Source: Nitrospinota bacterium
GTDB lineage: Bacteria; Nitrospinota_A; UBA7883; JACRLM01
Direction of reading: 5' to 3'
DNA: 64,000 bases
NCBI GenBank assembly: GCA_016208975.1
Contig: JACQXA010000002.1
Span: 74,848-138,847, forward strand
Shown here piece after piece: positions 1 through 10,311 of the stretch. The translations under genes were made by a program, and so were the position numbers. Under the pieces are notes generated by a model. It had not been told where the DNA came from, searched no databases, and saw nothing but the letters and a program-made list of their open reading frames with translations. The stretch's first letter is position 1; each line of letters begins with the position of its first letter.

Positions 1-521
1 CAGTTATAGATAACCTCCACAGGGCACGAAGGTTTCATCAGCCATTTATCCGCGCTTTGCTGGCAGAACCGGCTTTGATAAGCCACATAATTGGCTTTGC
101 CCATCACCGCCCGCATGGGGATATTAATCTCGTCATAATCCGGTCCGGCCCAGCCGGGATACCCCACGCCGTTCTGGTTTAGCGCCACCTTCGCGCCGCA
201 ATCCGCCGCCCAGTCCGCCAGAACATGGGCGTGAGGCGGCAGGGCGGAACTGACCAAATAGAGTATGTTGAAATTGTCCGTCTCGGGGTAGGCCTCTTCC
301 AGATGGGCCAGTTTCACCCGGCCTCCATGCAGGAACCCTCCGGTGGAAGGGGCCTTGCCCCCATAATTTACCGCCGGGCCTGTTTTCGGCGGGGTGAACC
401 GGCGGCCAGCCAGCGACCCGGCGAACCGTCTTTCTTCGATAAAGTCTAAAGCCGCCTTCAGCTTTTTCTTAAGCCCCAGCGGAACAGCCCGTTTCAACAG
501 GGGCGGCAGATGAAGGCTCAT
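1..521 (-). CDS. Glycosyltransferase family 4-like protein, N-terminal part (runs off window start)
   Basis: Manual translation from ATG at 521 is open to the window edge: MSLHLPPLLKR...LNQNGVGYPGWAG...VAYQSRFCQQSADKWL...VEVIYN; resembles a GT-B N-terminal domain. Not in the ORF track. Confidence 0.6.
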   Translation of the reverse strand, partial: MSLHLPPLLKRAVPLGLKKKLKAALDFIEERRFAGSLAGRRFTPPKTGPAVNYGGKAPSTGGFLHGGRVKLAHLEEAYPETDNFNILYLVSSALPPHAHVLADWAADCGAKVALNQNGVGYPGWAGPDYDEINIPMRAVMGKANYVAYQSRFCQQSADKWLMKPSCPVEVIYN

Positions 522-876
522 GCCCCGCCCCCGCAGGTTAAAACAGCGCTTTCCCTCATTTTTCCAAGCCTATCCAGCTGTTGACGGTTTCCGGCCAAAC
601 GCGGCGTAAATCGCAGATATACCCTACCCTATCCGGTATTAATCCGCCAATAGCCGAATGGGGCAAAACGGCCTTTCCGGGGGCGCCCAAAAAATAGCTA
701 TGTACATTTTATAAAAACCTGCTAACCTGATGGTGTTGTTTGGACGCCAAATTTTGGCCGAAGCTGACGCTATTAACCTGCCTCAGATTTTCCTTCCAAG
801 ATTGGGCAACGGGCCGGGGCTTACCTTACGAGTCGCCTCGTCTCACATTTTTATTTTTTTTAAGGATCTATCGTAC

Positions 877-1143
877 ATGAATATCTTCGTTGGAAACCTC
901 CCCTTCTCCGCTACTGAAAATGACCTGCGCTCGCTGTTTGAAGAATTCGGCGAAGTGGAGACGGTCAACGTGATTAAGGACCGTGAAACCGGCAGGTCCC
1001 GTGGTTTCGCTTTCGTCGAAATGAACAATTCCGACGCCGACGCGGCCATTAAGAACCTCAACGGTAAAGAGTTCCAGGGCCGCGCCATAAAGGTGAATCA
1101 GGCCGAGCAGAGGAAAGCCCGCGCTCCAAGACGCTCCTGGTAG
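877..1143 (+). CDS. RRM (RNP-1) RNA-binding protein
   Basis: MNIFVGNLPF (RNP2) and RSRGFAFVEM (RNP1); AAGGA RBS before ATG 877; the ORF-track extension to 730 looks non-coding. Confidence 0.93.
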   Translation: MNIFVGNLPFSATENDLRSLFEEFGEVETVNVIKDRETGRSRGFAFVEMNNSDADAAIKNLNGKEFQGRAIKVNQAEQRKARAPRRSW

Positions 1144-1160
1144 TAACCACTCCCACACAT

Positions 1161-1200
1161 GGATAAGCCCCGAAAGGGGCTTTCCCAACCTCTTTTTTTT
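1161..1200 (+). terminator. Intrinsic terminator/attenuator-like hairpin between the RRM and helicase genes
   Basis: AAGCCCC-GAAA-GGGGCTT stem-loop followed by a T-run at about 1193-1200. Confidence 0.55.
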
Positions 1201-1213
1201 GGAAACACCCTAA

Positions 1214-2470
1214 ATGACCATTTCTTCGTTCTCCGAATTGGGCCTTATTGAGCCCATTCTCCGCGCCTTGCGTGACGAAAAGCACGAACAGCCCACGCCC
1301 ATTCAGGCCCAGGCTATTCCGCACGCCGTACAAGGCCGCGATATATTAGGTTGCGCGCAAACCGGCACGGGTAAAACCGCCGCGTTCGCCATTCCCATAC
1401 TCCAGCGCCTCACCGAGGGAAAACGCCAGGGGCAAAGGAACGCGCCGCGCGCCCTCATCCTCACACCCACCCGGGAACTTGCCGAACAGATAAACACCAG
1501 CGTTCGCGCCTATGGCAGGCATCTAAAACTTTGGCAGGCCGTGGTATACGGCGGCGTGGGAATGGGCGGCCAGATAAAGGCCATCTCCCGCGGCGCGGAC
1601 ATCCTTGTGGCCACTCCCGGCCGCCTGCTGGACCTTATGCGCCAGCGGGTGGTTTCGCTGGGCTCTCTTGAGATATTCGTCCTCGACGAGGCAGACAGGA
1701 TGCTGGACATGGGTTTCATAACCGATGTCACCAAGATAATCTCGGCCCTGCCCTCCAACCGGCAGACCATGTTTTTCTCCGCCACCATGCCCCCTGCCGT
1801 CACCGGCCTTGCGGGCGAGCTGTTGAACGACCCGGTTTCCGTGAAGGTAAACCCCGTTTCGTCCACCGCCGAAAAGGTGGAGCAGAAAGTGATGTTCGTG
1901 GAGCGGCACGACAAGGAAGCCGCCCTGTTGAACCTTCTGAAAGATGAAGGCATCTTCCGGGCGCTGATTTTCACCCGCACGAAGCACAAGGCCAACAACA
2001 TCGCCGAAAAGCTGAACCGCAACATGGTGAGCGCCGAGGCCATCCACGGCAACAAGTCGCAGGCGGCGCGCATGAAGGCGCTTAAGAATTTCTCCGCCGG
2101 GCGCGCCAGGGTGCTTGTGGCCACGGACATCGCCTCCCGCGGGATTGACATCAAAGGCGTCACCCACGTGATAAATTTCGAGATGCCCAACGAGCCGGAG
2201 AGCTACGTGCATCGCATCGGGCGCACAGCCCGCGCCGGCGAGGCCGGTTCGGCCATCTCCCTTTGCGACAGCGAGGAGCGCTCCATCCTGCGGGCCATCG
2301 AACGGGTTATAAGGATCCCCATCACGGTGGACGAGGACCATCCGCACCATTCGGCGCAAGTGGCCGCTCCCAGACAGAAGGAACCGCGCAACTACGGCGG
2401 TTACAACCGGAACTCCCGTTTCAAACCCCGCAACAGCGGCGCTGGCTACAGGCCAAGTTCGGGCAGATAA
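1214..2470 (+). CDS. rhlE: DEAD-box ATP-dependent RNA helicase (RhlE-like)
   Basis: Q-motif, AQTGTGKT, PTRELA, TPGRLLD, DEAD, SAT and HRIGRTAR motifs. Confidence 0.93.
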   Translation: MTISSFSELGLIEPILRALRDEKHEQPTPIQAQAIPHAVQGRDILGCAQTGTGKTAAFAIPILQRLTEGKRQGQRNAPRALILTPTRELAEQINTSVRAYGRHLKLWQAVVYGGVGMGGQIKAISRGADILVATPGRLLDLMRQRVVSLGSLEIFVLDEADRMLDMGFITDVTKIISALPSNRQTMFFSATMPPAVTGLAGELLNDPVSVKVNPVSSTAEKVEQKVMFVERHDKEAALLNLLKDEGIFRALIFTRTKHKANNIAEKLNRNMVSAEAIHGNKSQAARMKALKNFSAGRARVLVATDIASRGIDIKGVTHVINFEMPNEPESYVHRIGRTARAGEAGSAISLCDSEERSILRAIERVIRIPITVDEDHPHHSAQVAAPRQKEPRNYGGYNRNSRFKPRNSGAGYRPSSGR

Positions 2471-2523
2471 CGTTTTTTCCCAGCCGGGCATGTTGCGATA
2501 ACCGGCCCGGCTGGAACCGCGTT

Positions 2524-2559
2524 CCGCCTTCTTCAACGGGTAATACCCGTTGAAGGCGG
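2524..2559. other. Strong stem-loop downstream of the helicase gene
   Basis: CCGCC(TTC)TTCAACGGGT-AAT-ACCCGTTGAAGGCGG; no clear U-tract. Confidence 0.45.
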
Positions 2560-2644
2560 GGCACGGTTAAATTTCCCCCATCAAACCAGCTTCCTCCGTA
2601 TAAAATAGCCCCAGTCAACCATCTTCTACGGAACCAATTTACAA

Positions 2645-3883
2645 ATGACCGTCTCTGAAAACGGGAAGTGGGCCCAGGGTCTTTTCTCAATCCCGGTTAT
2701 TGTGGCCGCCTTGGGCTACTTCGTGGACATTTACGACCTTATCCTGTTCGGCATCGTGCGCGTGCCAAGCCTGAAGGCCATAGGGTTCGAGGGCCAGGCA
2801 TTGCTGGACGAGGGTGTGTACCTTCTGAACATGCAGATGGGCGGGATGCTTTTAGGCGGCCTGGCCTGGGGCATTCTGGGTGATAAAAAGGGGCGCATAA
2901 AAATACTTTTCGGCTCCATCTTCCTCTACTCCATGGCCAATTTCGCCAACGCCTTCGTAAACTCCATAGAAAGTTACGCCATTCTCAGGTTCATCGCCGG
3001 GCTGGGGCTGGCCGGGGAACTGGGCGCGGGCGTAACGCTGGTGCTGGAAAGCCTGCCGCAAAAGTCGCGGGGTTACGGCACCGCCGTCATCGCCACCGTG
3101 GGGGTGGCGGGCGCCGTGCTGGCCAACATTGTGGCCAAGAATTTCGACTGGCGCACGGCCTATATAATCGGCGGTATTCTTGGCATGTTGCTTCTCATCC
3201 TGCGGGTGAGCATCTTCGAGTCCGGCATGTTCCGGCAGATGGAGGCTTCCGGCGTCAAGAAGGGGGATTTCCTGAGCCTCTTCAAGTCCAGGGAGCGGTT
3301 CGGCAAATATATGAACTCCATCATGATAGGGCTTCCCACCTGGTTCACCGTGGGGGTTATCATCACCTTCTCGCCGGAGTTCGCCAAGGCCATGAGCGTG
3401 CCGGAAGCGGTAAGCGCGGGCGACGCGATCATGTACTGTTACATCGGCCTTATTTTTGGCGACTTCGTGAGCGGCTTTTCCAGCCAGTACCTGGGGAGCA
3501 GGAAAAAGGTGGTGCTGGTGTTCCAGCTGATGTGCGGCTTTGTGATAGCCGTGTTTTTGTCGCTGGACGGCATAAGCGCCTCATTCTTTTATTTCATGTG
3601 CGGGATTATCGGCGTGGCGGTGGGTTACTGGGCCGTGTTCATCACCATCGCCGCCGAGCAGTTCGGCACCAACCTCCGCGCCACCGTGGCCTCCACCGTG
3701 CCCAATTTTATCCGGGGCACGGTGATACCCATCACTTACTCGTTCAAGATGGGCAAGGAGCATTTCGGCATCATCAACTCCGCCGCCCTTGTGGGGCTTG
3801 TGTGCCTGTTCCTGTCCATATACGCCCTGTTCAGGCTTGAGGAGACGTTCCACAAGGATTTAAATTACCTCGAGGAACATTAA
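2645..3883 (+). CDS. MFS transporter
   Basis: About 12 hydrophobic segments; motif A-like GILGDKKGRIK; FIAGLGLAGE. Confidence 0.88.
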   Translation: MTVSENGKWAQGLFSIPVIVAALGYFVDIYDLILFGIVRVPSLKAIGFEGQALLDEGVYLLNMQMGGMLLGGLAWGILGDKKGRIKILFGSIFLYSMANFANAFVNSIESYAILRFIAGLGLAGELGAGVTLVLESLPQKSRGYGTAVIATVGVAGAVLANIVAKNFDWRTAYIIGGILGMLLLILRVSIFESGMFRQMEASGVKKGDFLSLFKSRERFGKYMNSIMIGLPTWFTVGVIITFSPEFAKAMSVPEAVSAGDAIMYCYIGLIFGDFVSGFSSQYLGSRKKVVLVFQLMCGFVIAVFLSLDGISASFFYFMCGIIGVAVGYWAVFITIAAEQFGTNLRATVASTVPNFIRGTVIPITYSFKMGKEHFGIINSAALVGLVCLFLSIYALFRLEETFHKDLNYLEEH

Positions 3884-3898
3884 CCAGGCCTTGGGGCG

Positions 3899-4049
3899 GG
3901 TAGTGTCCCGGTTTGAAAGTGCAGGGGAGATTCTTCACTTACGGCCAGAAAGACAATATAAAAGCCGTTGATAACATTGTCATCCTGGGTGAAGCGCAAG
4001 CGAAGTGAGGGATCTGTCTATTATTTGGGATTCAAACTGAGACACCACC
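3899..4049 (+). mobile_element. 151-bp MITE, copy 1
   Basis: TIR GGTAGTGTCCCGGTTTGAA...TTCAAACTGAGACACCACC; flanks TTGGGGCG/ATGGGGCG (7/8 direct repeat). Confidence 0.88.
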
Positions 4050-4132
4050 ATGGGGCGTTTTATCGGGCAAATAGCCCGCCCGCCTGTTAGAATAAGCGGA
4101 TTGCAAGCGCAAAACAGGGGGTTCCAAAGACT

Positions 4133-5569
4133 ATGGACAACCACCGGATTCGCAAGACAAAGATTATCTGCACCCTCGGCCCCGCCTCCTCCTCCCTCGA
4201 AATGATCGTAAAGCTTGCCCATGCCGGGATGAACGTGGCCAGGCTGAATTTCTCCCACGGGACCCATGAATATCACAAGCTTTCCATAGCGGCCATCAGG
4301 CAGGCCAGCGCCCAGACGGGAAAACGCATCGGCATCCTGCAAGACCTGGGCGGGCCCAAGATAAGGCTGGGGGAATTGCGGACGCCCCAGATAATCCTAA
4401 AACCGGGACAACCGGTAACGCTTACAACCGGAGAAACCGCCGAGGGAAACGAAATTCCCGTCAATTACGCATACCTGGCCGAAGATGTCTCCCCCGGTTC
4501 CAAAATCCTGCTGGCCGACGGGCTGGTGGAACTGGCGTTGGAGCGCATAGAAGGGGGCAAGCTTAAGTGCGTCACCATAACCGGCGGGATACTTACCTCC
4601 CACAAGGGGGTGAACCTGCCGCTGTGCAACCTCAGGACACCGGCGTTCACCAAGAAGGACCAGGCGGACCTGGAGTTCGGCCTGATGAATGGCGTGGATT
4701 TTGTGGCCCTCTCCTTCGTGCGCGGCGTGGCGGATCTGCTCCCCGTAAAGGAGGCCATCTCCCGCTCACGAAGCGCCAAACCCATGTTGCTGGCCAAGAT
4801 AGAGAAACCCCAGGCCGTGGAAAGCCTCAACGAGATATTGCCAATGGTGGACGGGATCATGGTGGCCCGGGGAGACCTTGGGGTTGAAACCCCTTTCGAA
4901 AGGCTTCCCATAATCCAGAAAAGCGTTATCACAGCCGCCCGCAGGGCCGGAAAGCCGGTTATCACCGCCACGCAGATGTTACGCTCCATGATAGACAGCC
5001 CCAGGCCCACCCGCGCCGAAGCCACCGACACGGCCAACGCCATCCTCGACGGGACAGATGCGCTGATGCTGTCCGAGGAGACCGCCGCCGGAGATTACCC
5101 CGTGGAGGCGGTAACCACTTTGGACATGATAGCCAGGGCAACGGAGGAGAGTTACGATTCGGCCAAATACATGGACGAGCCGGAATCGGCGTTCGTGCAG
5201 GATACCGAGGCGGCCATGAGCCGCGCCGCGTGCGGCCTGGCGCTTAAATTGGGCGCGGTCTGTCTGGCCACATCCACCCTTACCGGGCACACCGCGCGGA
5301 TGATCTCCCGCTTCAGGCCTTCCATGCCCATCATAGGGTTTACATGCGACGAAGACACATTCAGAAAGCTCAATCTTTCATGGGGCGTCATACCCGCGCT
5401 GATTCCCCAGACACAGGATTTGGGGACGCTTTGCCGCACCGCTGAGCGGTTCGCCAGGGATAACGGCCTGGGCGCGGCCGGGGACAGGATAATAGTTACC
5501 GCCGGTTACCCGCTTTGGGTTTCCGGCTCCACCAACATTGTGGAGGTGATAACCATAAACGGTTCATGA
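4133..5569 (+). CDS. pyk: Pyruvate kinase
   Basis: RKTKIICTLGPAS, ARLNFSHG, AKIEK, MVARGDLGVE, ATQMLRSM, PTRAEATD. Confidence 0.96.
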   Translation: MDNHRIRKTKIICTLGPASSSLEMIVKLAHAGMNVARLNFSHGTHEYHKLSIAAIRQASAQTGKRIGILQDLGGPKIRLGELRTPQIILKPGQPVTLTTGETAEGNEIPVNYAYLAEDVSPGSKILLADGLVELALERIEGGKLKCVTITGGILTSHKGVNLPLCNLRTPAFTKKDQADLEFGLMNGVDFVALSFVRGVADLLPVKEAISRSRSAKPMLLAKIEKPQAVESLNEILPMVDGIMVARGDLGVETPFERLPIIQKSVITAARRAGKPVITATQMLRSMIDSPRPTRAEATDTANAILDGTDALMLSEETAAGDYPVEAVTTLDMIARATEESYDSAKYMDEPESAFVQDTEAAMSRAACGLALKLGAVCLATSTLTGHTARMISRFRPSMPIIGFTCDEDTFRKLNLSWGVIPALIPQTQDLGTLCRTAERFARDNGLGAAGDRIIVTAGYPLWVSGSTNIVEVITINGS

Positions 5570-5575
5570 CAGGCG

Positions 5576-7492
5576 TTATTGTTCCGCCTTTTTGATGGTG
5601 AACCGGAATACGCTCCCTTCGCCCGGGGTGGATTCCACCCAAATATTCCCTCCCCCCATTTCCACGATCTTCTTGCACATGGCAAGCCCGACACCGGTGC
5701 CTATACGGTCTTTTGCGGGCCGCAGACGCTGGAACATTTTAAAGATGAGTTCATGGTATTGAGTTTCTATCCCCACCCCGTTATCCTTTATTGAAAGCTC
5801 TATTAACCCCTCGCGCTCCACCGCTTTAATCTCCACCTCGGGTTTCACGCTGGAATCCGTGTAGGTGATGGCGTTGGCTATCAGGTTATGGAAAACGATG
5901 GATAGTTGATCCGGATCCGCTTTAACCTTGGGCATGGCGCCCAGTTTGATCGCGGCCCCCGTCCGCTCCATCATTTCCCGGAGGCTTATAAGCGCGTTTC
6001 CGGCGCATTCCGCGGGATCCACGTTGTCCCGGGGATTAAAATGGGCCGACAGGCGCGAATACGCCAGAAGGTCCTGGATTACGGCCTGGAGGCGCCGGGC
6101 CCCGTCCACGGCGAAGTTTATGAAACTGTCCGCCTCCGCGTCCAGCTTGCCTTTGTAATTTGACGCAAGGATCTGAAGGTAGCTTGCGATAGTCCTCAAA
6201 GGCTCCTGCAGGTCGTGCGACGCCACATAGGCGAACTGCTCCAGCTCCTGGTTGGACCTTATAAGGTCTTCCGTGGTTTTTTCCAGCGCGTCTTCCCGCT
6301 CTTTTAAATGGGTGATGTCGTGGAAAACCACAAGCCCCAACTCTCCTATGGATGAATAGTTGAGGATAACTTCCCGTTTGGATCCCTCCTTCCGCGTGAT
6401 GGACACCCGCACCGGCTCCATGCCCGCCATTTCCCGGTCCGCCTTCTCCATGGCCTCTTCCCATGTTCGCAAGACCCGCGTGCGATACTCCTCATCGGGG
6501 CAAGCCTTGCCCCACCACTGGCCGGTGTCGGCTATCTCGTTGGGCGCATAGCCGGACATCTCGCTGAACTTTTTATTGGAGAACACTATCTTTTGCTCTT
6601 TGTCGGTGATTATCATCGGCGTTGGGGACGCCTCCACCACCTGGAGCGTGCGTAGCTCGCTGGCGTGAAGCCTGCTTTCCACCCGCTCCCGCTGGGCCAT
6701 CTCTTCCCTAAGCTGGTCATTGGCCCATTCCAGCTCCGCGCGGGTTTTATACTCGCTTTCAGTTGTGGCCCTTATTTTCCGGTAGCTCAACGTTAGCCCC
6801 AGAATACCAATTACCCATATCAACGAGTAAGCGATCGCGTGCCGCTCATTCTCCAGCCTCTGCCCCGCATAGTAGCTTTCCAGAGGCGCCGAGACACTTA
6901 CGCCGCCCCTGATGTCCCCCACCTTGTACCCTTGCTCCGCATGGCACTTCAGGCACCCTTCTTTGGTATATATTGGCCGCATGAACCGCAGGAAAGGCTT
7001 TCCGTTCATCTCCGTCACCTCTGAAACCTCCTTCACACCCGCTTCAAAGGCTTTCAGGGCGCTCTCCTCCCATGGATCCGGCTTGTTTATGGGGTTTTTC
7101 AGGCTAAGGCTTGTTATATGGCCGAAAAACCTTTTGGTCCTTGCGAAATATTCATTTACCTGCCGCGCCATGTACGCCGGGTTCATGAGCGTCAGTTTTC
7201 TTCCCGAAGGTGTCGTGATGTCTCTCTCCGGTATATTGGAAAGGTAGATGTTTGGCGGTGTATTGGCGTCCACTGGCACATATACCCCGCCGTGCGAGGC
7301 GGCCCATTCCCTGAAAGCCACGTCTTTGGCGTAATTGGCCTGCGCCTCGTTCCTGGCGGTTTGCAATGTGAATTGGTGTATTTTCCACCTGTCCCACACC
7401 GCCAGCGATACTATAAGCAAAGACCACAGGACGAACGCCAGCGCCGAATACCTTTTCAGCGCCGCGCCCAGATGGTCTTGACGGTTTACCAT
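5576..7492 (-). CDS. Membrane sensor histidine kinase: periplasmic DUF3365/Tll0287-like c-heme domain, PAS, HisKA, HATPase
   Basis: Two TM segments flank a domain with CLKCH; ASHDLQEPLR H-box; N, G1 and G2 boxes (GTGVGLAMC). Confidence 0.88.
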   Translation of the reverse strand: MVNRQDHLGAALKRYSALAFVLWSLLIVSLAVWDRWKIHQFTLQTARNEAQANYAKDVAFREWAASHGGVYVPVDANTPPNIYLSNIPERDITTPSGRKLTLMNPAYMARQVNEYFARTKRFFGHITSLSLKNPINKPDPWEESALKAFEAGVKEVSEVTEMNGKPFLRFMRPIYTKEGCLKCHAEQGYKVGDIRGGVSVSAPLESYYAGQRLENERHAIAYSLIWVIGILGLTLSYRKIRATTESEYKTRAELEWANDQLREEMAQRERVESRLHASELRTLQVVEASPTPMIITDKEQKIVFSNKKFSEMSGYAPNEIADTGQWWGKACPDEEYRTRVLRTWEEAMEKADREMAGMEPVRVSITRKEGSKREVILNYSSIGELGLVVFHDITHLKEREDALEKTTEDLIRSNQELEQFAYVASHDLQEPLRTIASYLQILASNYKGKLDAEADSFINFAVDGARRLQAVIQDLLAYSRLSAHFNPRDNVDPAECAGNALISLREMMERTGAAIKLGAMPKVKADPDQLSIVFHNLIANAITYTDSSVKPEVEIKAVEREGLIELSIKDNGVGIETQYHELIFKMFQRLRPAKDRIGTGVGLAMCKKIVEMGGGNIWVESTPGEGSVFRFTIKKAEQ

Positions 7493-7601
7493 GACTAGTT
7501 AGAACCCAGCTTTGAGCAATACCAACCCACTTCCTATTTTGGGGCATAACGCGCACAGACGCCAGAGTTGGTTAAATAATTAAAAGCGCCGCGCGGTTAT
7601 A

Positions 7602-10307
7602 TCAGCTTTCCGGAATGTCCCGTCGAAGCGGGATGGTGATGGTGAACACCGTGCCTTTGCCCGGCTCGCTGTCCACGGTAATGGTCCCATTGTGCTTTTG
7701 AATGATGGTGTGCGACAAGGCCAGCCCCAGCCCAGTCCCCTTCCCCGCCGGTTTTGTGGTGAAGAACGGATCGAATATCCGTTTCAGGTTTTCTTTGGAC
7801 ATCCCCTCGCCGTCATCGCGGACCTCCACCATCACCGTATCTTCCCCGTCGCTGGTGCGGACGGTTATTGTCCCTTTATCTTTTATCGCCTGGGCGGCGT
7901 TCACAAAAAGGTTCAAGAACACCTGTCCCAGCTGGTTTGGGATGCATTCCACTATGCTCGCGTTTTTCGATTCGTACTTCCGCGCAACCTCCGCCTTATA
8001 TTTGATCTCGTTCCGCGCTATGTTGAGCGCCCCGTCTATTATTATGTGGACGTCCGTAGCCTCCCAATGCTCTTCAGACACATGGACGAACGGCTTTAGA
8101 TCCTTAACTATCGTGATTATCCTCTGCGTCCCTTCCATGGACTCTTCCATGATCTCCCGGAACTCCTCCCTTAACGGGCGGGACTCATCCAGAAGCTTTT
8201 CCACGGCCTCCGGGCTGTCCTTTAACCCGTCTATCAGCCCGAAAAGCTTTTCCACGGCTTTCTTTATATAAATCTGGTTGGAGCTGACGAAGCTGATGGG
8301 GTTGTTTATCTCGTGGGCTATTCCCGCCGCAAGATTGCCTATGGAGGCCATTTTTTCCGACTGCAAAAGCATCTGCTCAGAGGTTTTTCGCGCCGTTATG
8401 TCTCTTAACAAGCCCACAGCCATCCATTTGCCGTGTATTTTCACGGCGGACAAGGACAACTCGGCGGGGAAGATGGAGCCGTCGCTTTTCTGGGCGCTTA
8501 TCTCCGTTACTCTGCCTATCATCGCCCCGGTTCCGGTTTCACCGAACCGCTTTATCCATTCTTCATGGCGCTTCCTGACATCCGGCGGTATTATCAGCTC
8601 CGACATTTTCCCGCCCAGCGCCTCTTCGGCGGGGTATCCAAATATCCTTTCCGCCGATTCGTTCCAGGAACGGATTTTACCCTCTTCGTCTATCAGCAAT
8701 ACAGCGTCCTGGGCCGCCTCGGCGATAAGCCGGAATTTTTCCTCCGCCTGCCTCCGGGCGGCGCTCTCCCGGATGAAATTGATCCCAAACGCCATGTCCT
8801 CCGCCATTTCCTCGAGTAGCTCCACCTCATCGCCGCTGAAAGCTTCCGGCGATCCGGAGTAAACATTTATGATCGCCGCCACCGCTCCCCCTATCAATAT
8901 TGGCATCGCCGCGTAAGAGGCGTATCCGCAGGCTTTGGCGTCCTGGATGGCCCCGTTACTTTCCTTTTTACCAAGTATGGCCCGGTCAATGAAAGCCGCT
9001 TTCGACTGGATAACCCCGGCCAGGGGCCCTTCTCCGGCTGAAAGCCCGGGCCACCGGCGCTCGATGGGTATGTCGTCCATTTTTTCGTATCCCGCGCTGG
9101 CCGCCACCCGAAGGGTTTTTGGTTCGCCATTATCAACGTAGCATATCCATGCCATGCGGTATCCGCCAACCCTGACTATCACCTGGCATATGGCGTTTAA
9201 CAGGTCCCCCTCGGTGCTGGACCTTACAAGGACCCGGTTGCCCCGGCTGAGCATCCTCAACGCCCTGTTCAGCCTTATCAGCTCCTCCTCGGCATTCTTG
9301 CGTTCCGTTATGTCCAGCGCCGCGCCCACCATCTTTGCCCCGGCCTCGTTTTCTTCCCTGTATGCCCTGCATTGGGCGCTTATGTGGCGTATGGAGCCGT
9401 CGGGCCTCACAATCCGGCTTTCCACGTCCACCGGCTCTTTTTTCGTAAGGGCGCTTTCGATGACGGTTTTCACCAACTCCCTGTCATCCGGATGGGTCAT
9501 CGAGATAAACAGGTCGAACGAGGGCGGGAATTTGGCGGGGCTTATCCCCAATATCACATACATCTCGGACGACCAGGTAACGTGATTCTTGTTTATGTCC
9601 ATGCTCCAGGTTCCAAGCCGCGCCGTCTCCTGGGCGCGCCGCAGGGTCTCCTGGCTTTCCCGAAGCCTCTCCTCTATCTTTTTCCGTTCCTCCACCTCCG
9701 CCACCAGCGCCGCCGTCCTTTGCCTTACTTTTTCCTCCAGCTGTTCGTTGAGGGTGGCCAGCCCCTGTTGAACCTTGCTCAACTCCTTGTTCTGCTCTAT
9801 GGCGTTTTCGTAGATGGACAGGAGCAGGCTCATTATCCGCTCCCGGTTGGAGGTAACGGTGAAACGCTTGCCGCCGTAAGTGATGGTGGTGGGGGCTTCT
9901 TCCCGCTTAGGCAAGACCTCTATATGGTTCTCCAGGAAATAAGCCACCTTGGAAAGCAGGAACGCGGGGTTGTAAGGCTTTGTGATGTAGTAATCCGCCC
10001 CGGCCTCCAGGCTCTTTATCACATCCTCCACTTCGGACAGCTGGGTGAGCAGGATGACCGGAGCCTTTACCTCTTCCTCCTTCTTTATCCGCATGCACAT
10101 GCCCCAGCCGTCCATCTTGGGCATGAGCACGTCGCTTATTATCAGCGCGGGTTTGCGCCATTTGGCCATGGAAAGCCCCTCCTCGCCATCCCGGGCGCGG
10201 ATTATCTGGAAACCCTCCTGCTCAAGGATCCGCTGTAAAAGGACAGCCTGAACGTCGCTGTCCTCCACTATCAGTATTTCCCTCTTCGGCATACCCGTGG
10301 GACTCAT
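7602..10307 (-). CDS. Hybrid sensor kinase REC-PAS-GAF-PAS-HisKA-HATPase
   Basis: N-terminal REC (IVEDS, SDVLMP); PAS domains (THPDDR, WNESAERIFG); GAF; IAHEINNP H-box; FFTTKPAGKGTGLGL. Confidence 0.9.
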   Translation of the reverse strand: MSPTGMPKREILIVEDSDVQAVLLQRILEQEGFQIIRARDGEEGLSMAKWRKPALIISDVLMPKMDGWGMCMRIKKEEEVKAPVILLTQLSEVEDVIKSLEAGADYYITKPYNPAFLLSKVAYFLENHIEVLPKREEAPTTITYGGKRFTVTSNRERIMSLLLSIYENAIEQNKELSKVQQGLATLNEQLEEKVRQRTAALVAEVEERKKIEERLRESQETLRRAQETARLGTWSMDINKNHVTWSSEMYVILGISPAKFPPSFDLFISMTHPDDRELVKTVIESALTKKEPVDVESRIVRPDGSIRHISAQCRAYREENEAGAKMVGAALDITERKNAEEELIRLNRALRMLSRGNRVLVRSSTEGDLLNAICQVIVRVGGYRMAWICYVDNGEPKTLRVAASAGYEKMDDIPIERRWPGLSAGEGPLAGVIQSKAAFIDRAILGKKESNGAIQDAKACGYASYAAMPILIGGAVAAIINVYSGSPEAFSGDEVELLEEMAEDMAFGINFIRESAARRQAEEKFRLIAEAAQDAVLLIDEEGKIRSWNESAERIFGYPAEEALGGKMSELIIPPDVRKRHEEWIKRFGETGTGAMIGRVTEISAQKSDGSIFPAELSLSAVKIHGKWMAVGLLRDITARKTSEQMLLQSEKMASIGNLAAGIAHEINNPISFVSSNQIYIKKAVEKLFGLIDGLKDSPEAVEKLLDESRPLREEFREIMEESMEGTQRIITIVKDLKPFVHVSEEHWEATDVHIIIDGALNIARNEIKYKAEVARKYESKNASIVECIPNQLGQVFLNLFVNAAQAIKDKGTITVRTSDGEDTVMVEVRDDGEGMSKENLKRIFDPFFTTKPAGKGTGLGLALSHTIIQKHNGTITVDSEPGKGTVFTITIPLRRDIPES

Positions 10308-10311
10308 CGAA

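Noticed and set aside
730-876. N-terminal extension of the RRM protein given by the ORF track
   Set aside because: The domain and RBS begin at ATG 877; the upstream part contains T-runs typical of a leader
1523-2536. Long antisense or overlapping ORFs (also 13481-14647, 14551-15720, 27087-27938, 48767-49972, 51652-52662)
   Set aside because: They overlap well-supported genes, lack motifs, and are expected in GC-rich DNA
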